From Candidatus Moranbacteria bacterium UBA4824 (GTDB lineage Bacteria > Patescibacteriota > Minisyncoccia > Moranbacterales > UBA2206): 35,668 nt of DNA. The translations under genes and the position numbers were made by a program. The notes under the pieces are model-generated. The model searched no databases. It saw only the letters and a list, made by a program, of their open reading frames with translations, and had not been told where the DNA came from. This document shows, in pieces, positions 1 to 8,056 of the stretch. The number at the start of each line of letters is the position of its first letter. Within the stretch, counting starts at the first letter, position 1. Where the stretch lies: positions 1 through 35,668 of the forward strand of contig DHFM01000033.1 in the NCBI GenBank assembly GCA_002400405.1. Direction: 5' to 3'.

Positions 1-487
1 CCTTCCCTGTCACATCAATCTTCCCACCTGTCGCAATCGTCGCATTTCCTTGCACAGTCAGTCTCACCGCATGAGTGTTGGCAGTAGTGTTAGCAGTATG
101 AGTGATTGTTCCCGATCCTCCAATAGTGAGATTTCCAGTAATAATAAGTTGATTAGTAAATCCATTAGAAAAAGTAAGGGTGGAAACCGCACTTGCTCCA
201 ATAGAAAGAGATTGAATAGTTATCGAACCAGCGTCAAGATCAAGGATTGGTTGATTAGCTGCGGCAACATTAATTACCACATCATCCATCGTTTGTGGGA
301 TAGTTGAATTACACCCAGACCAGTTGGTGGCTGTCGCCCAAGCAGTAGAAGTCGTTCCGGTCCAAGTGCAGGTATAAGCACTTGCATCTTGAGACGTCAA
401 AACCAATAACACAGTTATTGAGAAGAAAAGGATAATCCCTGTTAAATACGGTTTCAGTTTATTTTTATTGTTTATTATTTTTATCAT
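1..487 (-). CDS. 5' part of a secreted/surface protein (runs off the window; not in the ORF track)
   Basis: Manual translation from ATG at 487: MIKIINNKNKLKPYLTGIILFFSITVLLVLTSQDASAYTCTWTGTTSTAWATATNWSGC...GGKIDVTGK; open to base 1; signal-peptide-like N-terminus followed by T/G/S-rich beta-strand sequence. Confidence 0.85.
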   Translation of the reverse strand, partial: MIKIINNKNKLKPYLTGIILFFSITVLLVLTSQDASAYTCTWTGTTSTAWATATNWSGCNSTIPQTMDDVVINVAAANQPILDLDAGSITIQSLSIGASAVSTLTFSNGFTNQLIITGNLTIGGSGTITHTANTTANTHAVRLTVQGNATIATGGKIDVTGK

Positions 488-490
488 TCT
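398..490. repeat. 93-bp direct repeat, copy 1 (start codon and signal-peptide region of the surface gene)
   Basis: Matches 1944-2036 with 3 mismatches (419/1965, 467/2013, 474/2020). Confidence 0.95.
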
Positions 491-493
491 ATT

Positions 494-516
494 TTCCTAA
501 AGCTTCGCTTTAGGAA
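494..516. repeat. Short palindrome TTCCTAAAGC-TTC-GCTTTAGGAA
   Basis: 10-bp stem; 23 nt (493-515) identical to 26225-26247 inside argS. Confidence 0.8.
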
Positions 517-542
517 GAAATTATGTTTTATATCTTTCTTTT

Positions 543-1841
543 TTATTTCCCCAATAAAAGCCACTTCCAAACAGGCATTAGCTTGATAGTTTTGCCCGCT
601 TCCACAAATTCCTCTTCCTGATTATATGTCAAAATCAATCCACCTTTCAGCTTGTATTTCTCTAATGCTTCTAACAGTCCCTTCACTTCTCTCTTCCTGT
701 TTTTTTCATCCATATTATAGCACACTTGCATAGCTTCCACTATCCTATTTTTCTCCTTAATCACAAAATCACACTCTTGTTTTCCCAGATGATAATAAAT
801 TTCTTTCCCACCGGCTAACAATTCCAAAAAAACCACATTTTCCAAAAAGCTTCCAGAGTTTTCACTAAAAGAAAAAGAAACGGCACTGATAAAGCCATTG
901 TCAGCCGTATAAACTTTTTTTGGATAATTTTCTTGTTTCTTGAGCGAATATTGATAATTTGAAATTTCAAACAAAAGAAAAGATTCTTCAAAAAATCCAA
1001 TATATTCTTTGACGGTCTTGTCATTCATTTTGAGAAATTTCGCCAAAGAATTATAGCTATAGCTTCTTCCAATATTGCTTATGAGGTAAAGCAGAAGTTT
1101 TTCAATTTCTTTAGTTTTTTTGACTTCAAAGCGAGGAATAATGTCTTGATACAGAATGTTTTTATAGTAGTTTATCAATATCTCTTCTTTCATTTTTTGC
1201 TTTTTTTCCAACACCACTTCCGGAAAACCACCATTTTTCAGATACTCGCCAAAGACTTTCTTCAATTTATTCTCATTACTCAAAATTTCTATTCTATCGG
1301 CCATTTCCAATTTAGAAAGTTTGGCAATTTCTTGAAAATTAAACGGGTATATTTTTTTAGTAATTGAACGACCCGAAAGCAAGGTAGCCATTTCCGCAGA
1401 CAACAATCGAGAATTTGATCCCGTGATGAAAAATTTTACTTTGCCTTTTTCATAGAGGCTTTTAACAAACACTTGCCAGTTGGAAAAAAATTGAACTTCA
1501 TCCAAGAAAATATATACTTTGCCTTTTGGATCAACTAGCGACAGATATTCATCAAAAAGATTTTGTAAATTATTCGGGTCTTCTCGAAATTGATTCAGTT
1601 GAGGCGCTTCCAAATTGAGAAACAAAATGTTTTTTGGATTGATTTTTTTCTCCGCCAGCAAAAAATTAATCAATTGCTTGACAATGGTTGATTTTCCACA
1701 TCTTCTAATTCCCACTAATGCGATAATTTGCCTGATGTTTGTGTATTTTACCAATCCTTTCATTTCTTCCCTGAAAAATCCCGCCTCCAAAGCGCCTTTT
1801 TGCCAATGCGAATTCTGTTCTATGATAAATTTTTCAAACAT
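543..1841 (-). CDS. AAA_14-type ATPase with C-terminal DUF4143-like domain
   Basis: Walker A GIRRCGKS, Walker B FLDEVQ, ITGS, LSGR, GGFPE, KVY.ADNG, ECDF...AMQVC. Confidence 0.9.
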   Translation of the reverse strand: MFEKFIIEQNSHWQKGALEAGFFREEMKGLVKYTNIRQIIALVGIRRCGKSTIVKQLINFLLAEKKINPKNILFLNLEAPQLNQFREDPNNLQNLFDEYLSLVDPKGKVYIFLDEVQFFSNWQVFVKSLYEKGKVKFFITGSNSRLLSAEMATLLSGRSITKKIYPFNFQEIAKLSKLEMADRIEILSNENKLKKVFGEYLKNGGFPEVVLEKKQKMKEEILINYYKNILYQDIIPRFEVKKTKEIEKLLLYLISNIGRSYSYNSLAKFLKMNDKTVKEYIGFFEESFLLFEISNYQYSLKKQENYPKKVYTADNGFISAVSFSFSENSGSFLENVVFLELLAGGKEIYYHLGKQECDFVIKEKNRIVEAMQVCYNMDEKNRKREVKGLLEALEKYKLKGGLILTYNQEEEFVEAGKTIKLMPVWKWLLLGK

Positions 1842-1867
1842 ATAAATTCATTACGAATTAATTGCTA

Positions 1868-1905
1868 TTTATTCGTAGTGTATTACGAATAAACACAGAT
1901 GTCAA
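1868..1905 (-). promoter_or_regulatory. Sigma70 promoter of the ATPase gene with overlapping palindrome
   Basis: TTGACA (1905-1900), 17-bp spacer, TACACT (1882-1877); inverted repeat TTTATTCGTA-N6-TACGAATAAA at 1868-1893. Confidence 0.65.
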
Positions 1906-2033
1906 ATTGTTAGAATATGAGCCCTGCCATCGTTTTCCACCCCCAAAACCAATAACACAGTTATCGAGAAGAAAAGGATAATCCCTGTTAAATACGGTTT
2001 CAGTTTATTTTTTTTGTTTCTTATTTTTATCAT
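1902..2033 (-). pseudogene. Orphaned 5' stub of the surface-protein gene (43 aa)
   Basis: MIKIRNKKNKLKPYLTGIILFFSITVLLVL then unrelated GVENDGRAHILTI*. Confidence 0.75.
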
Positions 2034-2036
2034 TCT
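1944..2036. repeat. 93-bp direct repeat, copy 2
   Basis: Matches 398-490. Confidence 0.95.
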
Positions 2037-2112
2037 CTCTTTTTAAGTCCTATGCTTTAAGTTTGTTATTAAACAGGGTAAATTAGTTTTGATTTTAAAA
2101 ACATTCTGGATT

Positions 2113-2250
2113 AATTTTTGAATTTTATAATTTTTGTAATTTTTAAATAAATTCTAATTTTTTAATTTCTAAACTTCTTTTTTTTATTTGGTTTAAAAAT
2201 TTTGATTTAAATTTTATTTACAAAATTAAAAATTGGAAATTATAAAATTA
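2113..2250. repeat. AT-rich inverted element built from ~7-nt AATTTTT/AAAAATT units
   Basis: Left arm AATTTTATAATTTTTGTAATTTTTAAAT..., right arm ...AAAATTAAAAATTGGAAATTATAAAATT; similar to 29591-29703. Confidence 0.65.
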
Positions 2251-2370
2251 AGATAACATACTATCTTTGTTTTAAGATTTTATCTTTAATCTTTTTAGCT
2301 GTCTTTTCACCTCCTTATTATATCACAAAATTAAGAAAAAATCTTGTTGATTGGGGATAACTTTTGCAGT

Positions 2371-2400
2371 AAAAAAATCCCGATATGGTCGGGATTTTTT
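2371..2400. terminator. Intrinsic terminator downstream of glyS
   Basis: AAAAAAATCCCGAT-ATG-GTCGGGATTTTTT hairpin flanked by A/T tracts. Confidence 0.8.
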
Positions 2401-2436
2401 CTCTATAAACGTTATGAACTTTTTTAACCTCATCAA

Positions 2437-3840
2437 CTATCTCAATTTTTCCTCAAAATATTTTTCTAGCTCCGAAATCACAACTCTTTCTTGCGCCATT
2501 GTGTCGCGATCGCGCACTGTGACGGCTTGGTCATTTAAGGTTTCAAAATCAACTGTCACACAATACGGCGTACCAATTTCATCTTGTCGGCGATAGCGCT
2601 TGCCAATTGATTGTGTTTCGTCGTATTCAACCATAAAATTTTCTTTGAGTGTTTCCCAAATTTTCTTAGCTGGCACTGTCAATTCTTCTTTTTTAGATAG
2701 GGGCAAAATTGCAACCTTAATTGGAGCAAGTCTTTTGTTAATTTTCAAAACCGTTCGCAGTTCTCCATTTACTTCTTCTTCGGTGTAAGCATTGTCCAGA
2801 AACATCAAGAACAATCGCCCAAGCCCAACTGAAGTTTCCATAATATGCGAAATGAGTCTTTCATTCTTTTCTTGATCAAAATACGTTAGATCTGCGCCGG
2901 AAAATTTCGCATGTTGCGACAAATCCCAATCGCCTCGCGCATGAATTCCTTCCACTTCACGAAATCCTCCAAGACTTTTAAAATTAAATTCAATATCATA
3001 AGCTTCTGATGCATAATGTGCTAATTTCTCATGCTTATACCATTTCAAATTGTTTTCAGAAATTCCAAATTTTAGGTACCACGCCCAGCGCTCTTCTTTC
3101 CACATTTCATATTTTTCTTTCATCATTTCGGGACGCAAAAAATATTGCATCTCCATTTGTTCAAATTCGCGAGTGCGGAAAACAAATTGACGCGCCACAA
3201 TTTCGTTTCTGAAAGCCTTCCCAACTTGCGCAATTCCAAAGGGCAATTTTGGATGAAGTGAATCCAGCGTGTTTTTATACTCCAAATAAATTCCGCCACA
3301 AGTTTCCGGCCGAAGATACACCACATTTTCTTCACTAAGTTCATCCGTTGGCGAGCCGATATTGGATTTCACCATCAAAGAAAAAATCTTCGCTTCGGTC
3401 AAGTCCGCTGAACCGCAATTGGGACATTTGATTTTTTTTTCTTCTCGCAATTTATCTAGATTTTTGTTTATCTCCTCAACCGGAGTTTTATCATCAATAA
3501 TAATTCCAAATTCTTCAAGTAGATGATCGGCGCGATAGCGAGATTTACATTTTTTGCAATCTACTTGCGGATCATTGAAGCCTCCCACATGCCCCGACGC
3601 CACCCAGGTTTTCGGATGCATAAAAATTGCACTGTCAAGCCCCACCACATCCATTCTTTTCTGCACCATCTCTTTCCACCAAGCATCCCGAATATTATTC
3701 TTAAGCAGTGTTCCATAATGCCCATAATCATAAATGGCGCCCATCCCCCCATAAATTTCCGAACTCGGATACACAAATCCTCTTCTTTTACATAACGACA
3801 CTATTTTTTCCATCATTGATTGTTCTTTTTCTTGCAACAT
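2437..3840 (-). CDS. glyS: Glycine--tRNA ligase, alpha2 (homodimeric) type
   Basis: CKRRGF, WVASGH, YLRPET, IGKAFRNE-like QVGKAFRNEI, FRTREFEQME, SIGKRYRRQDEIGTP. Confidence 0.97.
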   Translation of the reverse strand: MLQEKEQSMMEKIVSLCKRRGFVYPSSEIYGGMGAIYDYGHYGTLLKNNIRDAWWKEMVQKRMDVVGLDSAIFMHPKTWVASGHVGGFNDPQVDCKKCKSRYRADHLLEEFGIIIDDKTPVEEINKNLDKLREEKKIKCPNCGSADLTEAKIFSLMVKSNIGSPTDELSEENVVYLRPETCGGIYLEYKNTLDSLHPKLPFGIAQVGKAFRNEIVARQFVFRTREFEQMEMQYFLRPEMMKEKYEMWKEERWAWYLKFGISENNLKWYKHEKLAHYASEAYDIEFNFKSLGGFREVEGIHARGDWDLSQHAKFSGADLTYFDQEKNERLISHIMETSVGLGRLFLMFLDNAYTEEEVNGELRTVLKINKRLAPIKVAILPLSKKEELTVPAKKIWETLKENFMVEYDETQSIGKRYRRQDEIGTPYCVTVDFETLNDQAVTVRDRDTMAQERVVISELEKYFEEKLR

Positions 3841-3980
3841 AAAATTAATTTATATAAAGCGTTTATTGCTTTAATACTATAGAATTTTAAGTTTTTAGTC
3901 AATTTTTGGAAATTATTTTTAGTAGCTTTTGATTTTCCCAATTTACCGCTATAATATAAATGATATTTTAAAACAATCCT

Positions 3981-5006
3981 ATGGAATCATACGATATAAT
4001 TATCATCGGTGCTGGGCCAGCTGGGCTAAACGCCGCTAAAATTTTGGGCGACGCGGGAAGAAAAGTTTTACTTCTAGAAAAAAACCCCGAAATTGGCCCA
4101 AAAATTTGCGCCGGGGGTCTCACTAGAAAAAGCATTCGCTACCTCAACTTACCGGAGGAAATTATTGATTACAAATATAATAAAATTGTTTTCAATTCTC
4201 CACATTTTCGCTCTAGCATAAAATTCGATGATATTTTTTTCTATACAGTTGACCGCAAAAATTTGGGTCAGTGGCAACTAGAAAAAATAAACCGCAATTT
4301 CGTTGATGTACGAAAAAACACTCACGTCATTAGAATTGAAAAAGATCATATTATCACAAAAGAAAATCAAAAAATTGGATTCAATTATCTCATCGGCGCA
4401 GACGGTTCAAACTCTATCGTTCGCCGACATCTCAAATTGAAAACTCGCTTGGCTGGCGTAGCTATTCAATATAAAATTCCACTTGGCACATTCAAGGATT
4501 TTGAAATATTTATGCACTCCAAATTTTTCAACGCTTGGTATTCTTGGATTTTTCCTCACAAAGATCACATCTCAATTGGCTACGGCTATCCGCAAAAACT
4601 TTTTTCTCCAATTAGAGCACAAAAAAAATTCGAGCAATGGGCTCGTAGTAAAAATATCAACCTAGAAAACGCCGTTCGCGAAGCATTTCTCATTAATTGC
4701 GACTATCGCGGTTTTCGTTTTGGAAACATCTTTCTCTCCGGAGACTCAGCCGGAATGGCCAGCGGCTTTACCGGCGAAGGCATCTATCAAGCCCTTGTTT
4801 CCGGAGAAGATATTGCCAAAATAATCTTGGACAAAAATCATCGACCAAAAAAAATCCGCTCAGCAGTGCGCGAAAAAAGAATTCATGAAGCAATGTTGTT
4901 TCTAGTTATTTGCTCTTCGTTTTTTAGAGATCTCGTTTTTGACAGCATCACCCTTCTTGTGCGAGTAAAATTATTTGGCAAAACTCTGATTCGTATTTTG
5001 TCTTAA
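3981..5006 (+). CDS. NAD(P)/FAD-dependent oxidoreductase, geranylgeranyl-reductase family
   Basis: GAGPAG dinucleotide-binding motif, KICAGG, GADG.NS, YSWIFP, GDSAG...TGEGI; stop overlaps the convergent U32 stop (TTAA 5003-5006). Confidence 0.85.
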   Translation: MESYDIIIIGAGPAGLNAAKILGDAGRKVLLLEKNPEIGPKICAGGLTRKSIRYLNLPEEIIDYKYNKIVFNSPHFRSSIKFDDIFFYTVDRKNLGQWQLEKINRNFVDVRKNTHVIRIEKDHIITKENQKIGFNYLIGADGSNSIVRRHLKLKTRLAGVAIQYKIPLGTFKDFEIFMHSKFFNAWYSWIFPHKDHISIGYGYPQKLFSPIRAQKKFEQWARSKNINLENAVREAFLINCDYRGFRFGNIFLSGDSAGMASGFTGEGIYQALVSGEDIAKIILDKNHRPKKIRSAVREKRIHEAMLFLVICSSFFRDLVFDSITLLVRVKLFGKTLIRILS

Positions 5007-6313
5007 GTAATTTTCTTCCTAATCAAACTCCCCTCCGGCAAAACCTTATCAAATTCAAAATAATACAATTTCTCGTGTCCACCGTGAGCTTCACTGATTT
5101 CTTTTTTCTGGTCATTAAATATTTTTCTGATCTTAAGCGCAATATTTTTTTCCGGGGTGATTGCTTCAATTTTATCATTCTTCAAAACCGCATTATGAAT
5201 TTTCATGATATTTAGTTTTCCTTCCACGCCTCTCGTCTCACCCACGAATTCAACATTGGCGCCAAAAAGTTTTCCAGAAAAATTATGCGCTGGCTCATTG
5301 CCCAGAAGAAATCCTGTTGAATATCCACGATGCACTAAATTGTCCAATTCTTTTTTTTGTTCCAAAATAATTTTCTTTCGTAGAGACGCATTGCAATGCG
5401 TCTCTACAATTGCGTCGATTACTTTTCTATACGCCCTTGTCACAACTGCGACATAGTAGACACTTTTGGCTCGTCCTTCAATTTTCATTGAACTTATTCC
5501 CGCCTTCGCCAACTCTTCCAGATGCGAAATCAAATTCATATCATAACTATTGAAAAAATATGTCCCATGCCGATCCTCCTCGACATCCATCTCAAATCTT
5601 TTTTTCTCGTCTTTTATGCTTGCTACTTTATACTTGCTACTTTCTACTCCTTCGTATTTCCACCTGCATGGCTGGGTGCAATCTCCAAGATTCGCGCTTT
5701 TGCCGTTCATCCATTTAGAAAGAATGCAACGGCCGGAATAACTCATACACATCGCGCCATGGACGAAATATTCTAGCTCAATACCTTTCACTTTTTTTCC
5801 AATTTCTTCAATTTCTGAAAGACTCACTTCGCGCGCCAAAATTATTCTTTTCACTCCCAAGCTTTTCCAAAATTTAACCGCTTCAAAATTTGTTGCGTTG
5901 GCTTGAGTGGAAAGATGAATGTCAACGCTTGGTAAATATTTTTTGACTAAATTTATTATCCCTGGATCACTGGCAATTATCCCATCGATTTTAATTTTTT
6001 TGAGAAATTTCAAATGTTTTTCTACTCTTTCCAAGTGCTGATTGTGCGCATAAATATTAAGTGTCACATAAATTTTCTTTTTTAATTTATGAGCATACTC
6101 AACAGCTTCTAAGATATCTCGCTCGCTAAATTTATTCACCCGCGCTCGCAGTGAAAAATCCGGTACACCAAAATAAACCGCGTCCGCGCCATAGGCAAAC
6201 GCATATTTCATTTTCTCCAAACTTCCCGCCGGCGCAAGCAATTCGACTTTTGTCTTTTTTTTGCTTTGGCGAGGCAAGCCCGCCGGAGCTAATAATTCTA
6301 TTTTTTTTCTCAT
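5003..6313 (-). CDS. Peptidase U32 family protein (TrhP/YegQ-like tRNA hydroxylation)
   Basis: ELLAPAG, GADAVY.G, HLSTQAN, HGAMC.SYSGRC, CTQPCRW, KIEGR.KS.YY. Confidence 0.92.
   Translation of the reverse strand: MRKKIELLAPAGLPRQSKKKTKVELLAPAGSLEKMKYAFAYGADAVYFGVPDFSLRARVNKFSERDILEAVEYAHKLKKKIYVTLNIYAHNQHLERVEKHLKFLKKIKIDGIIASDPGIINLVKKYLPSVDIHLSTQANATNFEAVKFWKSLGVKRIILAREVSLSEIEEIGKKVKGIELEYFVHGAMCMSYSGRCILSKWMNGKSANLGDCTQPCRWKYEGVESSKYKVASIKDEKKRFEMDVEEDRHGTYFFNSYDMNLISHLEELAKAGISSMKIEGRAKSVYYVAVVTRAYRKVIDAIVETHCNASLRKKIILEQKKELDNLVHRGYSTGFLLGNEPAHNFSGKLFGANVEFVGETRGVEGKLNIMKIHNAVLKNDKIEAITPEKNIALKIRKIFNDQKKEISEAHGGHEKLYYFEFDKVLPEGSLIRKKIT
5380..5407. repeat. GTAG-type REP palindrome inside U32 CDS
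   Basis: Perfect 28-bp palindrome GTAGAGACGCATTGCAATGCGTCTCTAC, translated VETHCNASL. Confidence 0.9.
5617..5648. repeat. TACTT(N2) heptamer tandem inside U32 CDS
   Basis: TGCTTGC TACTTTA TACTTGC TACTTTC TACT, translated ESSKYKVASI. Confidence 0.6.
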
Positions 6314-6326
6314 AATAATTTACGTT

Positions 6327-6396
6327 AGAGATCCTGAAAACTTGTTCGGGATGACAAAATAAAAAAGACTGTCATGCTGAACTTGTTTCAGCATCT
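6327..6396. repeat. Inverted pair of TGTCAT-tagged palindromes at the GIY-YIG 3' end
   Basis: AGAGATCCTGAAAACTTGTTCGGGATGACAA (6327-6357) and TGTCATGCTGAACTTGTTTCAGCATCT (6370-6396; supplies the last codons and TGA of the nuclease). Confidence 0.9.
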
Positions 6397-6680
6397 AATA
6401 ATGTGTCATACAAATCTATCCAATCAGGATTACTTTTAGTTATTAGGTTTATTTTCCAATCCCTGTGCCAATTTTTGAGTTGTTTTTCTCTGGAGATAGC
6501 AGAATAAACATCAGTTGTTTGTTCAAAATAAACTAGTTTTGTTAAATTATATTTTTCAGAAAATCCTTTTACTAATTTATTTTTATGCTCATAAATTCTT
6601 TTTGGTAAGTTTCCAGTAAATCCAATATAGATAACTTTATTTAGTTTATTAGTGATGATGTAAACGCAATATTGTTTCAT
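6372..6680 (-). CDS. Stand-alone GIY-YIG nuclease (YhbQ/UPF0213-like)
   Basis: YCVYI...IYIG.T.NL..RIYEH, AISREKQLK.W.R.WK..LI...NP.W.DL. Confidence 0.93.
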   Translation of the reverse strand: MKQYCVYIITNKLNKVIYIGFTGNLPKRIYEHKNKLVKGFSEKYNLTKLVYFEQTTDVYSAISREKQLKNWHRDWKINLITKSNPDWIDLYDTLLDAETSSA

Positions 6681-6688
6681 AGATTAAT

Positions 6689-6760
6689 AGAGATCCTGAA
6701 ACAAGTTCAGGATGACAAGACAAAAATTCAGGATGACAAGATATAAATTCAGGATGACAA
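6689..6760. repeat. TGTCAT-tagged palindrome plus two tandem half copies (21-nt period)
   Basis: AGAGATCCTGAAACAAGTTCAGGATGACAA then TTCAGGATGACAA at 6727 and 6748; the last one contains the tgt stop. Confidence 0.9.
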
Positions 6761-7888
6761 TTTATCATTCCGAAGCCCCCTTAGTAAATCCGCATAAAAC
6801 TTCAAATTATGAATCGCCGCCAGCCTCATTCCCAGCATCTCCTTAGAGGCAAAAAGATGATGCAAATAGGCTCGAGTGTGATTCTTGCATAGCATACAAT
6901 CACAATTCTCGTCAACGCGCGAAAAATCATTTTTATATTTTCCGTTATTAATATTGATTGTTTTATAAAATTTTCCGTCCTGTAAAGACGCAAAATTTTG
7001 CGTCTCTACGCTTCTAATAAACAAACGCCCATGTCGTCCTTCTCTCGTCGGGATGACACAATCAAACATATCCCAGCCAAAATTATAGCATTTTACAATA
7101 TCTTCCGGCGTTCCCACCCCCAAAGCAAAACGCAAGGCATTCTCCGGAATAAAGCCGGCCGTTTCTCGCACCACTTCTTCCATAAAATTTCCCTGTGCAT
7201 CAATATGTCGCGCGCCAAAACCATATCCATCAAAACCAATTTTCACCAATTCATCAGCACAATGCTTTCTAAGATCCAAATATTCCCCGCCCTGAATAAC
7301 CCCAAAAATAAGTGGCCTATTTTCAGGACTTATTTTTCTTTCCTGAAGTTGCTTTTCATATTCTTTCTTGCAACGATCCGCCCAACGAATTGTCCTCTCG
7401 ACTGCCGAAGCAATTTTTTCTTTGGGATAATCATTAGGTGGCGGATCGTCCAAACACACCATCATATCCACCCCCAAATCAAATTGAATTTGGATCGCAA
7501 TTTCTGGCGTCAAAATATGTTTTGATCCATCAAGAGGAGATTTGAAAATGACTTCGTTTTCGGTAATTTTTCCTAACTTTGGATTTTTATGAATCAAAGA
7601 AAAAACTTGATATCCGCCCGAATCAGAAAGAAGTGGACGCGACCAATTCATAAACTTATGCGCACCTCCCGCTTGTTTTATAATTTCCATTCCCGGATTT
7701 AGAAACATATGATAGGTGTTGATGAGAATTGCTTCTAACCCGATTTCTTTTTCTAAAATAGAATTGTCAATTGATCGCACAAAACCACGTGTTGCGTCCG
7801 GCATAAAAAACGGAGTCTTAACTTCTCCGTTTTTGAGTTTGATCACTCCTACTCGACTATTTAAATTTTTTGAAATTATCTCAAACAT
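6749..7888 (-). CDS. tgt: tRNA-guanine transglycosylase
   Basis: TPFFMP, NTYH, DSGGYQVFSL, IQGG, GVGTP, DMFDCVIPTR, Zn motif CDC..C...HN. Confidence 0.95.
   Translation of the reverse strand: MFEIISKNLNSRVGVIKLKNGEVKTPFFMPDATRGFVRSIDNSILEKEIGLEAILINTYHMFLNPGMEIIKQAGGAHKFMNWSRPLLSDSGGYQVFSLIHKNPKLGKITENEVIFKSPLDGSKHILTPEIAIQIQFDLGVDMMVCLDDPPPNDYPKEKIASAVERTIRWADRCKKEYEKQLQERKISPENRPLIFGVIQGGEYLDLRKHCADELVKIGFDGYGFGARHIDAQGNFMEEVVRETAGFIPENALRFALGVGTPEDIVKCYNFGWDMFDCVIPTREGRHGRLFIRSVETQNFASLQDGKFYKTININNGKYKNDFSRVDENCDCMLCKNHTRAYLHHLFASKEMLGMRLAAIHNLKFYADLLRGLRNDKLSS
6982..7009. repeat. GTAG-type REP inside tgt
   Basis: GTAAAGACGCAAAATTTTGCGTCTCTAC, translated VETQNFASL. Confidence 0.9.
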
Positions 7889-7909
7889 CCTTTTTTTTAT
7901 CTCTTTTGA

Positions 7910-8050
7910 GAGACTACTTGCTAAAATATAAAAACTCCTGTCTGAGAATACGATTTTTATCCAAAAATTTTCTCTTCAGTCTTACCCGAGAAAATTTTTG
8001 GTTAAAAAAATCGTATTCGAGTTAGTTTTTGTGTTTTAGCGAGTAGTCTC
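7910..8050. repeat. 141-bp long imperfect hairpin (MITE/REPIN-like)
   Basis: Outer arms 7910-7936/8024-8050, inner arms 7946-7974/7988-8018. Confidence 0.85.
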
Positions 8051-8056
8051 GATCTT

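Noticed and set aside
6706-6760. Three TTCAGGATGACAA units at 21-nt period as a mini-CRISPR
   Set aside because: Units and spacers are far too short, no cas genes; they are half copies of the neighbouring palindrome
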